Source: Candidatus Fervidifonticultor sextus (GTDB lineage: Bacteria > Sysuimicrobiota > Sysuimicrobiia > Sysuimicrobiales > Humicultoraceae). Taken from it: a stretch of 64,000 nt of DNA. Positions 12,208 to 22,460 of this stretch are shown in pieces. Under the pieces are notes generated by a model that was given only the letters and a program-made list of their open reading frames with translations, was not told the origin of the DNA and ran no database searches. Both the position numbers and the translations under genes were made by a program. Location: the NCBI GenBank assembly GCA_031459875.1, contig JAVKHQ010000009.1, forward strand, positions 24,116-88,115, read 5' to 3'. The first letter of the stretch is position 1. Each line of letters starts with the position of its first letter.

Positions 12208-12681
12208 ATGGCGTCGCTGCTCAGGCAATCGCTGGCGCTGCTGCGCGGCCTGCTCATCGTCGGGCGGTATCTCTTCCGCCCGCGGGTCACCACCGCTTAT
12301 CCCGACGTCAAGACCCGGGTCGAGGCGCGGTTCAAGGGGCGCCACTGGCTGACCCGCTACGAGGACGGGATGGAGCGGTGCGTGGGGTGCGAGCTGTGCG
12401 TCATCGTCTGCCCGTCCCAGGCGATCTACGTCAAGGCGGCCGAGAACACCCCGGAACGCCAGGTGAGCAAGGGCGAGCGGTACGCCGAGGACTTCCAGAT
12501 CAACATGCTCCGGTGCATCTTCTGCGGGTTCTGCGAGGAAGCCTGTCCGACCGGGGCCATCGTGCTGGGGCGCGACTACGAGCTCTCCGGGTACACCCGC
12601 GAGTCGCTCATCTACACGAAGGCGATGTTGACCGAACCGTATCCCGGAGCGTCGGGCCGCGACCCGCGGCGGGAGGTGTAG
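12208..12681 (+). CDS. nuoI: NADH-quinone oxidoreductase subunit I
   Basis: Two CxxCxxCxxxCP motifs. Confidence 0.95.
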   Translation: MASLLRQSLALLRGLLIVGRYLFRPRVTTAYPDVKTRVEARFKGRHWLTRYEDGMERCVGCELCVIVCPSQAIYVKAAENTPERQVSKGERYAEDFQINMLRCIFCGFCEEACPTGAIVLGRDYELSGYTRESLIYTKAMLTEPYPGASGRDPRREV

Positions 12682-12684
12682 GCG

Positions 12685-13191
12685 GTGGAATGGGTCGTCT
12701 TCATCCCGGCCGCCGCCCTGGCCCTCGCCGGCGGCGTGGGTGTCGTCGCCGCCCGGCAGCCCGTCCACAGCGCCATCGCCCTGCTGGTGGTGCTGGCCGC
12801 GCTGGCGGTGACCTACCTGCTGCTGGCCGCGCAGTTCATCGCCGTCCTCCAGGTGATCATCTACGCCGGCGCCATCGTCGTGTTGTTCCTCTTCGTCATC
12901 ATGCTGTTGCACGCGCGCTCGGGCGAAGGGCCGGTCCCCAAGCTGCCCCGACAACGGGGGACCGCGGCGGTCGCGGCGGCCCTCTACCTGGCCGCACTCC
13001 TGGTGGCCGTGCTGGCCGCCTCCGGACCGTTCCCCCCGGCCCCCGAGGGCTTCGGGGAAGCCCGGCAGATCGGCGCGGCGCTGTTTGCAGGGTTCCTGCT
13101 GCCCTTTCAGCTGGCGGCGATCATCCTGCTGGTCGGGATCGTGGCCGCCGTGATCCTGGGCCGCCGCCCCGAGGGCGAGGAGGAGCGCTAG
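12685..13191 (+). CDS. nuoJ: NADH-quinone oxidoreductase subunit J
   Basis: QVIIYAGAIVVLFLFVIML. Confidence 0.95.
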   Translation: MEWVVFIPAAALALAGGVGVVAARQPVHSAIALLVVLAALAVTYLLLAAQFIAVLQVIIYAGAIVVLFLFVIMLLHARSGEGPVPKLPRQRGTAAVAAALYLAALLVAVLAASGPFPPAPEGFGEARQIGAALFAGFLLPFQLAAIILLVGIVAAVILGRRPEGEEER

Positions 13192-13194
13192 ACC

Positions 13195-13497
13195 GTGGTC
13201 CCCTCGTCCGCCTATCTGGCCCTGAGCGCGGCGCTGTTCACCCTCGGCGCCGTCGGCGTCCTCGTTCGCCGCAGTGCGCTCATCATCTTCATGTCCGTGG
13301 AGTTGATGCTCAACTCCGTGAACCTGGCGTTCGTGACCTTTGCCCGGATGCACCGGTCTATCGAGGGCCAGGTGGTGGTCTTCTTCGTCCTGGTGGTGGC
13401 CGCGGTTGAGGTGGTCGTCGGCCTGGCCCTGATCGTGGACATCTTCCGCTCCCGCGAGAGCGTGGACATCGACGACGTGGACCTCCTGCGAGGCTAG
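13195..13497 (+). CDS. nuoK: NADH-quinone oxidoreductase subunit K
   Basis: [23 protein letters not shown]. Confidence 0.95.
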   Translation: MVPSSAYLALSAALFTLGAVGVLVRRSALIIFMSVELMLNSVNLAFVTFARMHRSIEGQVVVFFVLVVAAVEVVVGLALIVDIFRSRESVDIDDVDLLRG

Positions 13498-13500
13498 ACG

Positions 13501-15402
13501 ATGGACGACGTGGTCATCAGAGTCGGCTGGCCGTTGATGCTGGTCTGGCCGCTGCTGGGCTGGCTGGCCAACGGCCTGCTGGGCGGTCGGCTGCCCCGGA
13601 CGGCCTCGGGGGTCATCGCCAGCGCCTCCGCCGGCGCCAGTTTCGCCACCGCGCTGCTGGTCGCCTCAGCCTACCGCGCGGTTGCCGCGGCGGACGCGGC
13701 GGTCTCGCTCCCGATCCCGCTGTTTGACTGGCTGGGCGCCGGGCGCCTGACGGTGGAGGCGAGCCTGCTGGTCGACCCGCTGGCGCTGGTCATGGCGCTG
13801 GTGGTGGGTGGCGTCGGGTTCCTCATCCACGTGTACTCGATCGGGTACATGGCCGACGACCCCCATCCGTCGCGCTACTTCGCCTACCTCAACCTCTTTG
13901 TCTTTGCCATGCTCCTGCTGGTCTCGGCCGGCAACCTGCTGCTCCTCTTCGTCGGCTGGGAACTCGTCGGCCTCTGCTCCTACCTGCTGATCGGGTACTG
14001 GTTCGACCGCCCGGCCGCGGCGGCCGCCGGCCGCAAGGCCTTCGTCGTGAACCGCATCGGGGATGCCGCGTTCCTGCTGGGGGTGTTCCTCCTCTTCGTG
14101 ACCCTGGGGACGCTGGACATCCTGGAGATCCGCGAGGGCGTGGCGACCCTCTCGAAGGAGGAGCGCCTGCTGGCCGCGCTGCTTCTGTTCGCGGGCGCCA
14201 CCGGCAAGTCCGCGCAACTGCCGCTGCACATCTGGCTGCCGGACGCCATGGAGGGCCCGACGCCGGTCTCGGCGCTGATTCATGCCGCCACGATGGTCAC
14301 CGCCGGCGTTTTCATGATCGCGCGGCTGGATCGGCTATACCTCGCCGCGCCTGAGGCCCTGATGGTCGTGGCGACCGTCGGCGCGCTGACCGCATTCTTC
14401 GCCGCGACGGTGGCGCTCCGCCAGCACGATCTGAAGCGTGTGCTGGCCTACTCCACCATCAGCCAGCTCGGGTACATGTTCGTGGGGATGGGTGTCGCGG
14501 CCCCCTCAGCCGGGATCTTCCACCTGGTCACCCACGCCTTCTTCAAGGCGCTGCTGTTCCTGGCCGCCGGCAGCGTCATGCATGCGATGCACGGGGTCAT
14601 CGACATGCGCCGCCTGGGCGGGTTGGCCCGGCCGCTGCGGCAGACCGCCGGCGGGTTCACGATCGGTGCACTGGCCCTGGCCGGCGTGCCGCCCTTTGCG
14701 GGCTTCTTCAGCAAGGACCTGATCCTCGAGCACGCCTTCGCGTTCGGGATCCGCACCGGCAACTACCTCCCCTACGCGCTGGGCCTGGTGACGGCCGCCG
14801 TGACGGCCGTCTACATCACGCGCGCCGTCCTGCTCACCTTCTCGGGGCCGCCCGCCGAGCCGGGCGCGCACCCGCACGAGGCGCCGCCGGTCATGCGGTG
14901 GCCGATGGCCGCCCTGGCCATCCTCTCGGTCGCCGGCGGCCTGCTGGGCGCCTCCGTCGCCGGCGCGCCGCTGCTGCGGTTCCTCGACGGGCTGCTCGGC
15001 GTGGTGGAGTCCGGCCCCGAGGCCGCGCCGCACCCGCCGGCCGGCCTGCTGCGTTGGCTCTCGGTGGCGGCCGCCCTGGCCGGGGTGCTGGTCGGGTGGC
15101 GCGCCCACCGCGGACGCCGCGAGCCGGTGCTGGGGCGGGTGGGCGTCTTCCTGGAGCAGCGCTGGTACATCGACGCGCTGTACGACCGCGCCATCGTGGG
15201 CCCCGGCCACACGCTGGCGCGCTGGCTCGCCGGGCCGTTCGATCTGGGCGTCATCGACGGCGCGGTGAACCTGGTGGGCCGGGGGCTGGGGGCGCTCGGC
15301 GGGCAGGCGCGGCGGTTGCAGACCGGCTATGCCCGCCAGTACGCGCTGGGCGTGCTGATCGGGACCGTGCTCATCCTGGGTTACTGGATGCTGAGGTGGT
15401 GA
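13501..15402 (+). CDS. nuoL: NADH-quinone oxidoreductase subunit L
   Basis: GKSAQLPLHIWLPDAMEGPTPVSALIHAATMV, HAFFKALLFL. Confidence 0.95.
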   Translation: MDDVVIRVGWPLMLVWPLLGWLANGLLGGRLPRTASGVIASASAGASFATALLVASAYRAVAAADAAVSLPIPLFDWLGAGRLTVEASLLVDPLALVMALVVGGVGFLIHVYSIGYMADDPHPSRYFAYLNLFVFAMLLLVSAGNLLLLFVGWELVGLCSYLLIGYWFDRPAAAAAGRKAFVVNRIGDAAFLLGVFLLFVTLGTLDILEIREGVATLSKEERLLAALLLFAGATGKSAQLPLHIWLPDAMEGPTPVSALIHAATMVTAGVFMIARLDRLYLAAPEALMVVATVGALTAFFAATVALRQHDLKRVLAYSTISQLGYMFVGMGVAAPSAGIFHLVTHAFFKALLFLAAGSVMHAMHGVIDMRRLGGLARPLRQTAGGFTIGALALAGVPPFAGFFSKDLILEHAFAFGIRTGNYLPYALGLVTAAVTAVYITRAVLLTFSGPPAEPGAHPHEAPPVMRWPMAALAILSVAGGLLGASVAGAPLLRFLDGLLGVVESGPEAAPHPPAGLLRWLSVAAALAGVLVGWRAHRGRREPVLGRVGVFLEQRWYIDALYDRAIVGPGHTLARWLAGPFDLGVIDGAVNLVGRGLGALGGQARRLQTGYARQYALGVLIGTVLILGYWMLRW

Positions 15403-15435
15403 CGGTGCCGGCATCCGGGGAGCGGAGGTAGCAGG

Positions 15436-16938
15436 ATGCTCTCGGTGCTCATCGTGCTTCCGCTGGCCGGCGCCCTGCTCGTGGCGCTGATCCCGCGCGA
15501 GCGCGAAGAGACGATCCGGCGGGCGGGGTTGGCCGTCAGCCTGGCCACGCTGGCAGTCGCCGCCTGGCTCTTCCGGGTCTTCGACCCCGCCTCCGGCGCG
15601 ATGCAGTTTGCCGTGCGGGTGCCGTGGATCCCCGCCCTGGGCATCGGGTACGCCGTCGGCGTGGACGGCATTTCGCTGCTGCTGGTGGGCCTGACCGCCG
15701 TCATCTTCCCCCTGGCGTTGCTGGGGTCGTGGGACTCGATCACCGAGCAGGTCAAGTGGTTCACCGTGGCCATGCTGGGCCTGGAGGGCGCGGTGCTCGG
15801 GACGTTTCTGGCCCTCGACCTGATTCTCTTCTACGTGTTCTGGGAAGCGGTCCTGATCCCCATGGCCTTTCTCATCGCGCTGTGGGGCGGGCCGGCCAGG
15901 CGGTACGCGGCCATCAAGTTCTTCCTGTATACGATGGCGGCCAGCGTGGTGATGCTGGTGGCGATTTTGGCCCTCCACGTGCTGGGCAGGAGCCTCCTGG
16001 GGGAGCGGACGTTCGACCTGGAGGTGCTCGCGGCCATGGTGCTGCCCCCCGGGGTGCAGGCGTGGCTGTTCGCGGCGTTCGCCCTGGCCTTTGCGGTCAA
16101 AGTGCCGGTGTGGCCGCTGCACACCTGGCTGCCCGACGCCCACACCGAAGCGCCCACCGCCGGCAGCGTGATCCTGGCCGCGCTGCTGTTGAAGATGGGT
16201 ACCTACGGCTTCGTGCGCTTCGGGCCCATGCTGTTCCCCCAGGCGCTCCCGGCGTCGGCGCCGCTGCTGGCGGCGCTGGCGATCGTCGGCATCCTCTACG
16301 GGGCGGTGGTGTCCTGGGCGCAGACCGATCTCAAACGCCTCATCGCGTTCAGCAGCGTCAGCCACCTGGGGTTCGTCATGCTGGGGATCGCGTCGCTCAC
16401 CGAGCAGGGCCTCCAGGGCAGCCTGATCCAGATGGTCAACCACGGGATCAGCACCGGCGCGCTCTTCCTGATTGTGGGGGTGCTCTACGACCGGACCCAC
16501 TCGCGCCAGATCGCCGACTACGGCGGGGTGGCCTCGCTCATGCCGCGGTTCGCCGCGATCTTCACCATTGTCATGCTGTCATCGGTGGCGCTGCCCGGCA
16601 CCAACGGGTTCGTCGGCGAGTTCCTGATCCTGCTCGGCGCCTTCCAGACCTCGACGTGGTGGGCGGTCCTGGGGGTGGGGGGCGTGATCCTCTCCGCCGT
16701 CTACCTCCTCTGGGCCTACCAGCAGGTGATGCACGGACCGCAGGCCGCGAAGCATCCCGAGCGGCTGGTCGAGGTGACGCGCCGCGAGGTCCTGGTGTTC
16801 GCGCCCCTGGTGGCGCTGATCTTCTTCATCGGGGTCTACCCGAAGCCGCTGCTGGACCGCTCCGAGGCCGCGGTCCAGGCGGCGCTGGACCGGCTGGACC
16901 GCCCGGCGATGGCGGAGCCCTTCAGGAGGCACCGGTGA
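15436..16938 (+). CDS. nuoM: NADH-quinone oxidoreductase subunit M
   Basis: KVPVWPLHTWLPDAHTEAPTAGSV, LPGTNGFVGEF. Confidence 0.95.
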   Translation: MLSVLIVLPLAGALLVALIPREREETIRRAGLAVSLATLAVAAWLFRVFDPASGAMQFAVRVPWIPALGIGYAVGVDGISLLLVGLTAVIFPLALLGSWDSITEQVKWFTVAMLGLEGAVLGTFLALDLILFYVFWEAVLIPMAFLIALWGGPARRYAAIKFFLYTMAASVVMLVAILALHVLGRSLLGERTFDLEVLAAMVLPPGVQAWLFAAFALAFAVKVPVWPLHTWLPDAHTEAPTAGSVILAALLLKMGTYGFVRFGPMLFPQALPASAPLLAALAIVGILYGAVVSWAQTDLKRLIAFSSVSHLGFVMLGIASLTEQGLQGSLIQMVNHGISTGALFLIVGVLYDRTHSRQIADYGGVASLMPRFAAIFTIVMLSSVALPGTNGFVGEFLILLGAFQTSTWWAVLGVGGVILSAVYLLWAYQQVMHGPQAAKHPERLVEVTRREVLVFAPLVALIFFIGVYPKPLLDRSEAAVQAALDRLDRPAMAEPFRRHR

Positions 16939-18428
16939 TCGGACGCCCGCCGGTCCCGATCCTGCTGATCGCCCCTGAGGTCGCCGTCCTGACCACGGCC
17001 ATGGTCGTGCTCCTGGCCGACCTCTGGGTGCGGCCGAAGCGCCGCGGCCTGCTGGTCGGCATGAGCGTGTTCGGCGTGGTGCTGGCCGCCCTGGTGGGGG
17101 TGACCCTCCCCGACGGGGTCGGGTTCGCCGACATGTATGTGCGCGATGGGCTCACCCGGGTGGGCCAGACCCTGGCCCTGGCCGCCGTCGCCCTGGGCGT
17201 CCTGGTGGCCCCGGAGTACCTGCGGCGCCTCAGGATGGAGCGCGGCGAGTACTATGCCCTGGTGCTGATCGCCGGCGTCGGCGCGATGCTCATGGCGGCC
17301 AGCGGCGACCTGTTGCTGCTCTTCCTGGCCCTGGAGACGCTCTCGATCCCGCTCTACGTGCTGGCGGCATTCCGCCGCGGCAGCGTCCGGAGCCAGGAAG
17401 CCGGCATGAAGTACTTCCTGCTCGGCGCCTTCGCCAGCGCCTTCTTCCTCTACGGCATCGCGCTGCTCTACGGCGCCGCAGGCACGACCCGGCTTTCGGG
17501 TCTGGCTGACTTCCTCTCGCGGGGGCCGTCGAGCCTGGCGGCGGCCGCCGGGGTCGGCCTGCTGGTCATCGGCCTTGGTTTTAAGGCAGCCCTCGTCCCG
17601 TTCCACACCTGGGCGCCAGACGTCTACGAGGGCGCGCCCGTACCCGCGGCCGCGTTCATGTCGGTGGTGGCGAAGATCGCCGCGTTCGCGGCGCTGGTTC
17701 GGGTGTTCCCGCTCACCTTGGGGGCGCTGGCCGGGCAGTGGACGGTGCTGCTCGGCGCCCTGGCGGCGGTCACCATGATCGTTGGCAACCTGGCCGCCCT
17801 GGCGCAGACGAACTACAAGCGCCTGCTGGCCTACTCCAGCATCGCGCACGCGGGGTACCTCCTGGTCGGGGTGGCCACGGCGACGCCGGATGCGGCCTCG
17901 GCGGTCATGACCTACCTGGCGGTCTACGCGGCGATGGGCATCGGGGCCTTCGCGGTGGCGGTGGCCCTGGAGCGGGGCGGGCAGGAGGCCGACCGGATCG
18001 AGGACTACGCCGGGCTCGCCGAGCGCGCGCCGCTGCTGGCCGCCGCCACCGCGCTGTTCATGATCTCGCTGGCGGGCCTGCCGCCCACAGGAGGGTTCAT
18101 CGCCAAGTTGGGGATCTTCGCCGCGGCGGTCGAGGGGGGAGGGCGGGGCGGCCTCGCGCTGGCGCTGATCGGGGTGCTGACCAGCGTCGTCTCTGTGTAC
18201 TACTATCTACGCATCCCATACGTCATGTACGCGGACCGGCCCGGTCCCGCGGTCCCCTCCGGCGGGATCTCCTCCAGCGCCGGTGAGCCAGGCGGTGCGG
18301 TACGCCTGCATCCCAGCCCGATGGTGAACCTGGTGCTGCTGCTGACGGCGGCCGCGGTGCTGCAGATGGGGTTCCTGCCGCGGACGATCATCGCGTTCGC
18401 GCAGCAGGTGGGCGCGCTGCTGCGGTGA
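16935..18428 (+). CDS. nuoN: NADH-quinone oxidoreductase subunit N
   Basis: GTG at 16935 overlaps the nuoM stop, SD AGGAGG; EAGMKYFLLG, FKAALVPFHTWAPDVYEGAP. Confidence 0.95.
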   Translation: MIGRPPVPILLIAPEVAVLTTAMVVLLADLWVRPKRRGLLVGMSVFGVVLAALVGVTLPDGVGFADMYVRDGLTRVGQTLALAAVALGVLVAPEYLRRLRMERGEYYALVLIAGVGAMLMAASGDLLLLFLALETLSIPLYVLAAFRRGSVRSQEAGMKYFLLGAFASAFFLYGIALLYGAAGTTRLSGLADFLSRGPSSLAAAAGVGLLVIGLGFKAALVPFHTWAPDVYEGAPVPAAAFMSVVAKIAAFAALVRVFPLTLGALAGQWTVLLGALAAVTMIVGNLAALAQTNYKRLLAYSSIAHAGYLLVGVATATPDAASAVMTYLAVYAAMGIGAFAVAVALERGGQEADRIEDYAGLAERAPLLAAATALFMISLAGLPPTGGFIAKLGIFAAAVEGGGRGGLALALIGVLTSVVSVYYYLRIPYVMYADRPGPAVPSGGISSSAGEPGGAVRLHPSPMVNLVLLLTAAAVLQMGFLPRTIIAFAQQVGALLR

Positions 18429-18817
18429 GCCGCACGCTACGCACGGCCCCAGCCAAGCCCTGGCTGGCCTGGGGCGATGCCGCCAGCCTGCTCCTGTTCA
18501 CCGTGCTGGGGCTGCGGTTCCACAAGGTCGCGGTGACCCTCGGCGAAGTGCTGCAGACCGCGGTGCCGCTTTGGGCGGCGTGGTTCGCCGTGGCGGCCCT
18601 GCTGAAGACGTACCGCCGTCCCGGCGCTGGGGTGTTCCTCGCGAACTGGATCGTGGCGGTGCCGCCGGCGCTCCTCGCCAGGCACCTCTGGCTGGGGAGG
18701 CCGTTCGGCCAGGGGTTCCTGGTCTTCCTGGGGGTGGCGCTTGCCCTCACGCTCGTCTTCCTGGGCGCCTGGCGGATCGGGGCATTCCTGGCGGAACGCG
18801 CAGGGAGACGGTCCTGA
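18425..18817 (+). CDS. Small membrane protein, DUF3054-like
   Basis: Four hydrophobic segments, GD..LLFTVLGLRFH, TAVPL; GTGA overlap with nuoN. Confidence 0.6.
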   Translation: MSRTLRTAPAKPWLAWGDAASLLLFTVLGLRFHKVAVTLGEVLQTAVPLWAAWFAVAALLKTYRRPGAGVFLANWIVAVPPALLARHLWLGRPFGQGFLVFLGVALALTLVFLGAWRIGAFLAERAGRRS

Positions 18818-18892
18818 CCCGATGTTCCCGGCCGGCGTCAACCGCCGCCTGGAGCGGGAGGGCGTTCGCCTGTCCCGCGGCGGGGCTGGCTG

Positions 18893-19639
18893 TCACCCTG
18901 CAGGGCGTGGCCCCACGTGCGTCCCCCGGCGGAGCGCCCATACCCCCCAGATGATCAGGACCATCGCCGGAATCTGCCCCAGCGTCAGGGGGCCCAGCGC
19001 CCGCAGGTCGCTGCGCAGCATGTCCAGGAACAGGCGGCCGATCGAGGTGGGCACCACGATGCCCCAGAAGACCTGGCCGTCGAACCTCCGGGTTGCCGCC
19101 ACCCTCCGCGCGTAGAGCAGGATGCCCGCGGCGAAGAGCATCTCGTAGATCTGCAGGGGATGGCGTGGCACATCGGGCGCCGTTGCGAACCGGACGCCCC
19201 ACGGCAGCGTGGTCGGATCGCCGTAGAGCTCCCCGTTGATGAAGTTGCCGAGGCGGACGAAGATGTTGCCGATGGGAATCGCCCAGCCGAATGCGTCCGC
19301 GAAGGTCCACATGGAGATGCCGCTGCGCCGGGAGGCCCAGGCCACGTAGAGCAGGCCGGCGGCGATGGCGCCGTGGGAGGTCAGCCCGCCCTGGTCCACC
19401 CGGACGACGTCGATCAGGTGGCGGAACTCGCCCGGGTGGGAGAGGACATAGCCCACCCTGGCGCCCACCAGGGCCGCGAGCGTGAACCCGACGGTGGTGC
19501 GGTCGAGGACCGCCGGGGGAATCCCGATGCGGGGTCCGTAGCGGTAGGCGACCACCATGCTGAGCGCAATGGTGGTCGCCAGCAGGAGGCCGTACCACCG
19601 CACGGCCAGGGGGCCGATCTGGATGATCACGGGGTCCAC
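18893..19639 (-). CDS. lgt: Prolipoprotein diacylglyceryl transferase
   Basis: IGPLAVRWYG, GARVGYV, RLGNFINGELYG, HPLQIYE. Confidence 0.93.
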   Translation of the reverse strand: MDPVIIQIGPLAVRWYGLLLATTIALSMVVAYRYGPRIGIPPAVLDRTTVGFTLAALVGARVGYVLSHPGEFRHLIDVVRVDQGGLTSHGAIAAGLLYVAWASRRSGISMWTFADAFGWAIPIGNIFVRLGNFINGELYGDPTTLPWGVRFATAPDVPRHPLQIYEMLFAAGILLYARRVAATRRFDGQVFWGIVVPTSIGRLFLDMLRSDLRALGPLTLGQIPAMVLIIWGVWALRRGTHVGPRPAG

Positions 19640-19649
19640 AGCCGGGGTC

Positions 19650-19679
19650 AGTCTAGCACCGGCTGTCCGGGCCGCTCAA
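19650..19679 (-). promoter_or_regulatory. Putative sigma70 promoter of lgt
   Basis: TTGAGC-18 nt-TAGACT with extended TG on the minus strand, just upstream of the lgt start. Confidence 0.5.
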
Positions 19680-19688
19680 GGTGCCAGG

Positions 19689-19815
19689 GGGGTACTTGAT
19701 AAGAAGCCTGAAACGTCACCCCCTCCATATTACGGTGTCAAGAAGGCAGGGCATCCTGGCCGTGGGCGTTCCCTCTGGGGCTGCTTCCCGGGGTCCAACG
19801 TATGGGCCGCCTCCA
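19689..19815 (+). repeat. Left terminal inverted repeat (127 bp)
   Basis: GGGGTACTTGATAAGAAG...GGGCCGCCTCCA; roughly 88-90% identical by eye to the reverse complement of 22481-22608. Confidence 0.92.
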
Positions 19816-19902
19816 GGATCGGCGGTGGTTGTTTGGGGTGCACCTGAATATTGTCCGGGAAGAGAACGCCGTCTCCGTAGGAGCTCCTGGCCGCGCGAGA
19901 GA

Positions 19903-21274
19903 GGTCAAGTGTCAGATTTCCTGTAAAAGTTTCGGGCCTGGGTCATGCTACTTCACCTTCCTCCCCAGCCTGGTCACACGGTGCGGTCTCGCATGACGCA
20001 GTACGCTGATCCCCAACTCCTGGCGGAGCTGCCGCAGCTGCTCACGGTGCCGATCGATCATCGGGATCCGGTGCCCGCGCTGGCTCGCCCGGACCAGGGT
20101 GGCGTAGACGAGCTTCAAGCAACTGCGCTCATCAAAGAAGCGCGGGATGATCTTCGTCCGTCGGCGCTCCTCCAGAAAGCTGCGCTCGATGAGGTTCGTG
20201 GTGCGGACGTGCTTGCGGTGCGCGGCGGGCAACCGCAGGTGCGCCAGCGTGGCGTCTGGGTCATCCGCCAGCGACGCCATGGCGGCAGGAAACTCCCACT
20301 CAAAGCGCGCCCGCGTGGCTTGCAGGGCCTGCTGGCCGGCCTCGTACGTCGGGGCATCCCGCACGCCCACCAGGTGCGCCTTCACCTCGGCGCGGGCATA
20401 CTCGGGCACTTTGGCCAGGACGTTGCGCATCTTGTGGACCCAGCAGCGCAGCCGCAGACTCTTCGGCCAGATGTCCCTGATCGCCGCACCAGCCCCGGCG
20501 CCCCGTCGCTGGTGACCCTCACCGGCGTGCGCAGCCCGCGGCGCACCAGGTTCCGCAGCATCGCCAGCCAGGCCCCGTAGCTCTCCTGATTGCCCAGGGG
20601 CAGGTGCAGCAGCACCTTGCGCCCATCGGCCAGGATCGCCCCAGCGCACCGCAGCGCCTCGGCCGGGCCGCCCTGCAGCCGCAGCGACTCGTAAATCGCA
20701 TCCAGGAAGCGGTACTCGACCGCGAAGCCCGACAGGTCCCGCTTGGTGAACGCTTCGTAGTCTTCCCACAGGCGGTCCGTCAGTTCGCTCACCGCGCTGG
20801 CGCTCACCAGACAGCGGCCCGTGCCGTCCCGGAGCGCGTCCTCAATGTCGCGCGTGCTCAGGCCCCGCGCATCCATCTCCGCGACCAGCCGCTGCAGCAC
20901 ATCGGTGTGCCCCCGCAGGAAGGTCAGGAGCTTCGATTGGAAGGGTTCCGGCGTCTGCCGGACTTGCGGGAGCTGCGGGGATCTCGCCTTCCGCCGTGCG
21001 CCCGCGCCCCGGTTCGTACCCGGTGCGGTACCCACGGTGCGGCTGGCCTCCGCGGTGGCGGACGTAGCGTTCCCGACCCAGGAAGTCCGTCACCTCCTCT
21101 TCCAGCAGCTCCTGAGCCAGCCGCTGGGCGCCCAGGCGGAGCAGGGTGCTGGTCACCTCAGCCCTGCCATCGACTCCGTCTCTGAGGCCGCGATCAATCT
21201 CTTCCCGACCACGCCGGCTTGGTGCTACCTTGGGCATAGGTCTGGGCTCCGCGCCGGGATCTGAGGAGTGTAAC
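19903..21274 (-). mobile_element. IS256-family insertion sequence, degenerate
   Basis: Carries a mutator-type transposase pseudogene; downstream end reads ...TTTACAGGAAATCTGACACTTGACC; upstream end uncertain and no TSD found. Confidence 0.75.
19948..21237 (-). pseudogene. IS256 (mutator) transposase, frameshifted
   Basis: Motifs spread over three frames: LEEEVTDFLGRERY..YRTGY; RGLSTRDIE, FLDAIY, SDGAPGL; CWVHKMRN, RTTNLIERSFLEERRRTK. Confidence 0.9.
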
Positions 21275-21281
21275 TGTCCCA

Positions 21282-21960
21282 TCGCTATTCGAAGACGCGC
21301 CTGAGGACGGTGTCTGTTCAAGGAGAAGGCTCGATGACTTCCGCACCGAGGCGGACGTCCGCAATCTTCTCGGCACCCTCTACAGAGCGGTCCGTGACGC
21401 CAAGCGCACCTACGGCGTGGTGCACTTGTTGCTGTCGGGCGGTCGAAAGGTCATGAGCGTGGCAGCGATGGTGGTGGCGCAGCTTCTGTTCGGACCCGAG
21501 GATCGCGCCTGGCACCTTCTGAGTGAGGGTTGGGCGCCCGGAGCACCGCGGAAGATGCACCTGGAGCTCGGCGACGTCGTGCACCTCGTACCGATCCCCG
21601 TCCTGCGGTGGACCGACTCAGGGGTAATGCTGGCAGCACTCGCAGTGCTCGACGATCCCTTGGAGGCTATCCGTCGCTACGAGGAGATCGTCCGAGGCGA
21701 GCGTATGCGGAGCCGGCGTGGATTCGTCGGGCGGTGGCTTACCCTTGCGGAAGGGGACGTGGCGCGTCTGGCCTGCCGGGGGCTCGACAACGCCGCGATT
21801 GCCCGTCGCCTGGGCCGCAGTCCCAGGACCGTGGCCAACCAGCTTACCGCCATATGCGACAAGCTGGAAGACTGGCTTGGCTTCCAGGGCCCCCGGCTGA
21901 CCGGGCCCTGCTGCTGGCTGAACTCGCCCCGTATTTCGAGCTCGAGAACGTGTCTAGAAC
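21282..21960 (+). pseudogene. CRISPR-associated Csx14/NE0113-like (CARF-related) protein with C-terminal LuxR-type HTH; 5'-truncated and frameshifted
   Basis: LDDFRTEAD...LYRAV...VHLLLSGGRKVMSV...AQLLFGPEDRAWHL, then LTLAE..VARLACRGLDNAAIARRLGRSPRTVANQLTAICDKL. Confidence 0.7.
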
Positions 21961-22066
21961 GGAGGACGGGAACAGGTCCCCAAGCAGAAGGGTAAACGCT
22001 TCTCATGCGCGGTGGGCCAAGGGCGGCTAATCTCCTCCCGAAGACATCGTCGGGGAGTGCGAGGAA

Positions 22067-22230
22067 GTGCGGTACCGGGCCTTGTTGCAGGAGGTAAGTG
22101 CCTTCGAGGTCGGGCGCTACAAGGTCCGGTGGGTATCGGATGCCGGTGGGCGCTTGCCGTGCTTCCTCGGCCCTACCTTCAGAGGAGGTTTGGGCCATGT
22201 GCTACGCCGCACGGCCTGCCCCCTGGGCAG
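22067..22230 (+). pseudogene. cas6: Cas6-family endoribonuclease, N-terminal fragment
   Basis: SD GAGG plus GTG; LPCFLGPTFRGGLGHVLRRTACP matches the LP.y.GstlRG.fG..lrr..C N-terminal pattern; coding signal is lost after about 55 codons. Confidence 0.6.
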
Positions 22231-22302
22231 CCGTGGCAGCTGGAAAAACCGAGACCCGAATTGCCACTGGGCCCGGTCAGATGCGCTAGGCGGACCGTTG
22301 GG

Positions 22303-22460
22303 GTGAAGCGAATCGGGCTTTCCCCAGACAAGCTGGCCTTCTACGACGCGCTGGCCGAAAGCCAAAGGCCTCCAGGCACTGCTCGTTGCTGGACAGGCAA
22401 GAGAAAGCGACGCTGACCGTTCTCGAGCAGGTAGAGACCCTTGCTGAGCTTTGGGTACGA
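22303..22460 (+). pseudogene. hsdR: Type I restriction enzyme HsdR C-terminal (DUF3387-like) remnant with internal deletion
   Basis: IGLSPDKLAFYDALAES followed in another frame by DRQEKATLTVLEQVETLAELW, both typical of the HsdR C-terminus. Confidence 0.65.
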
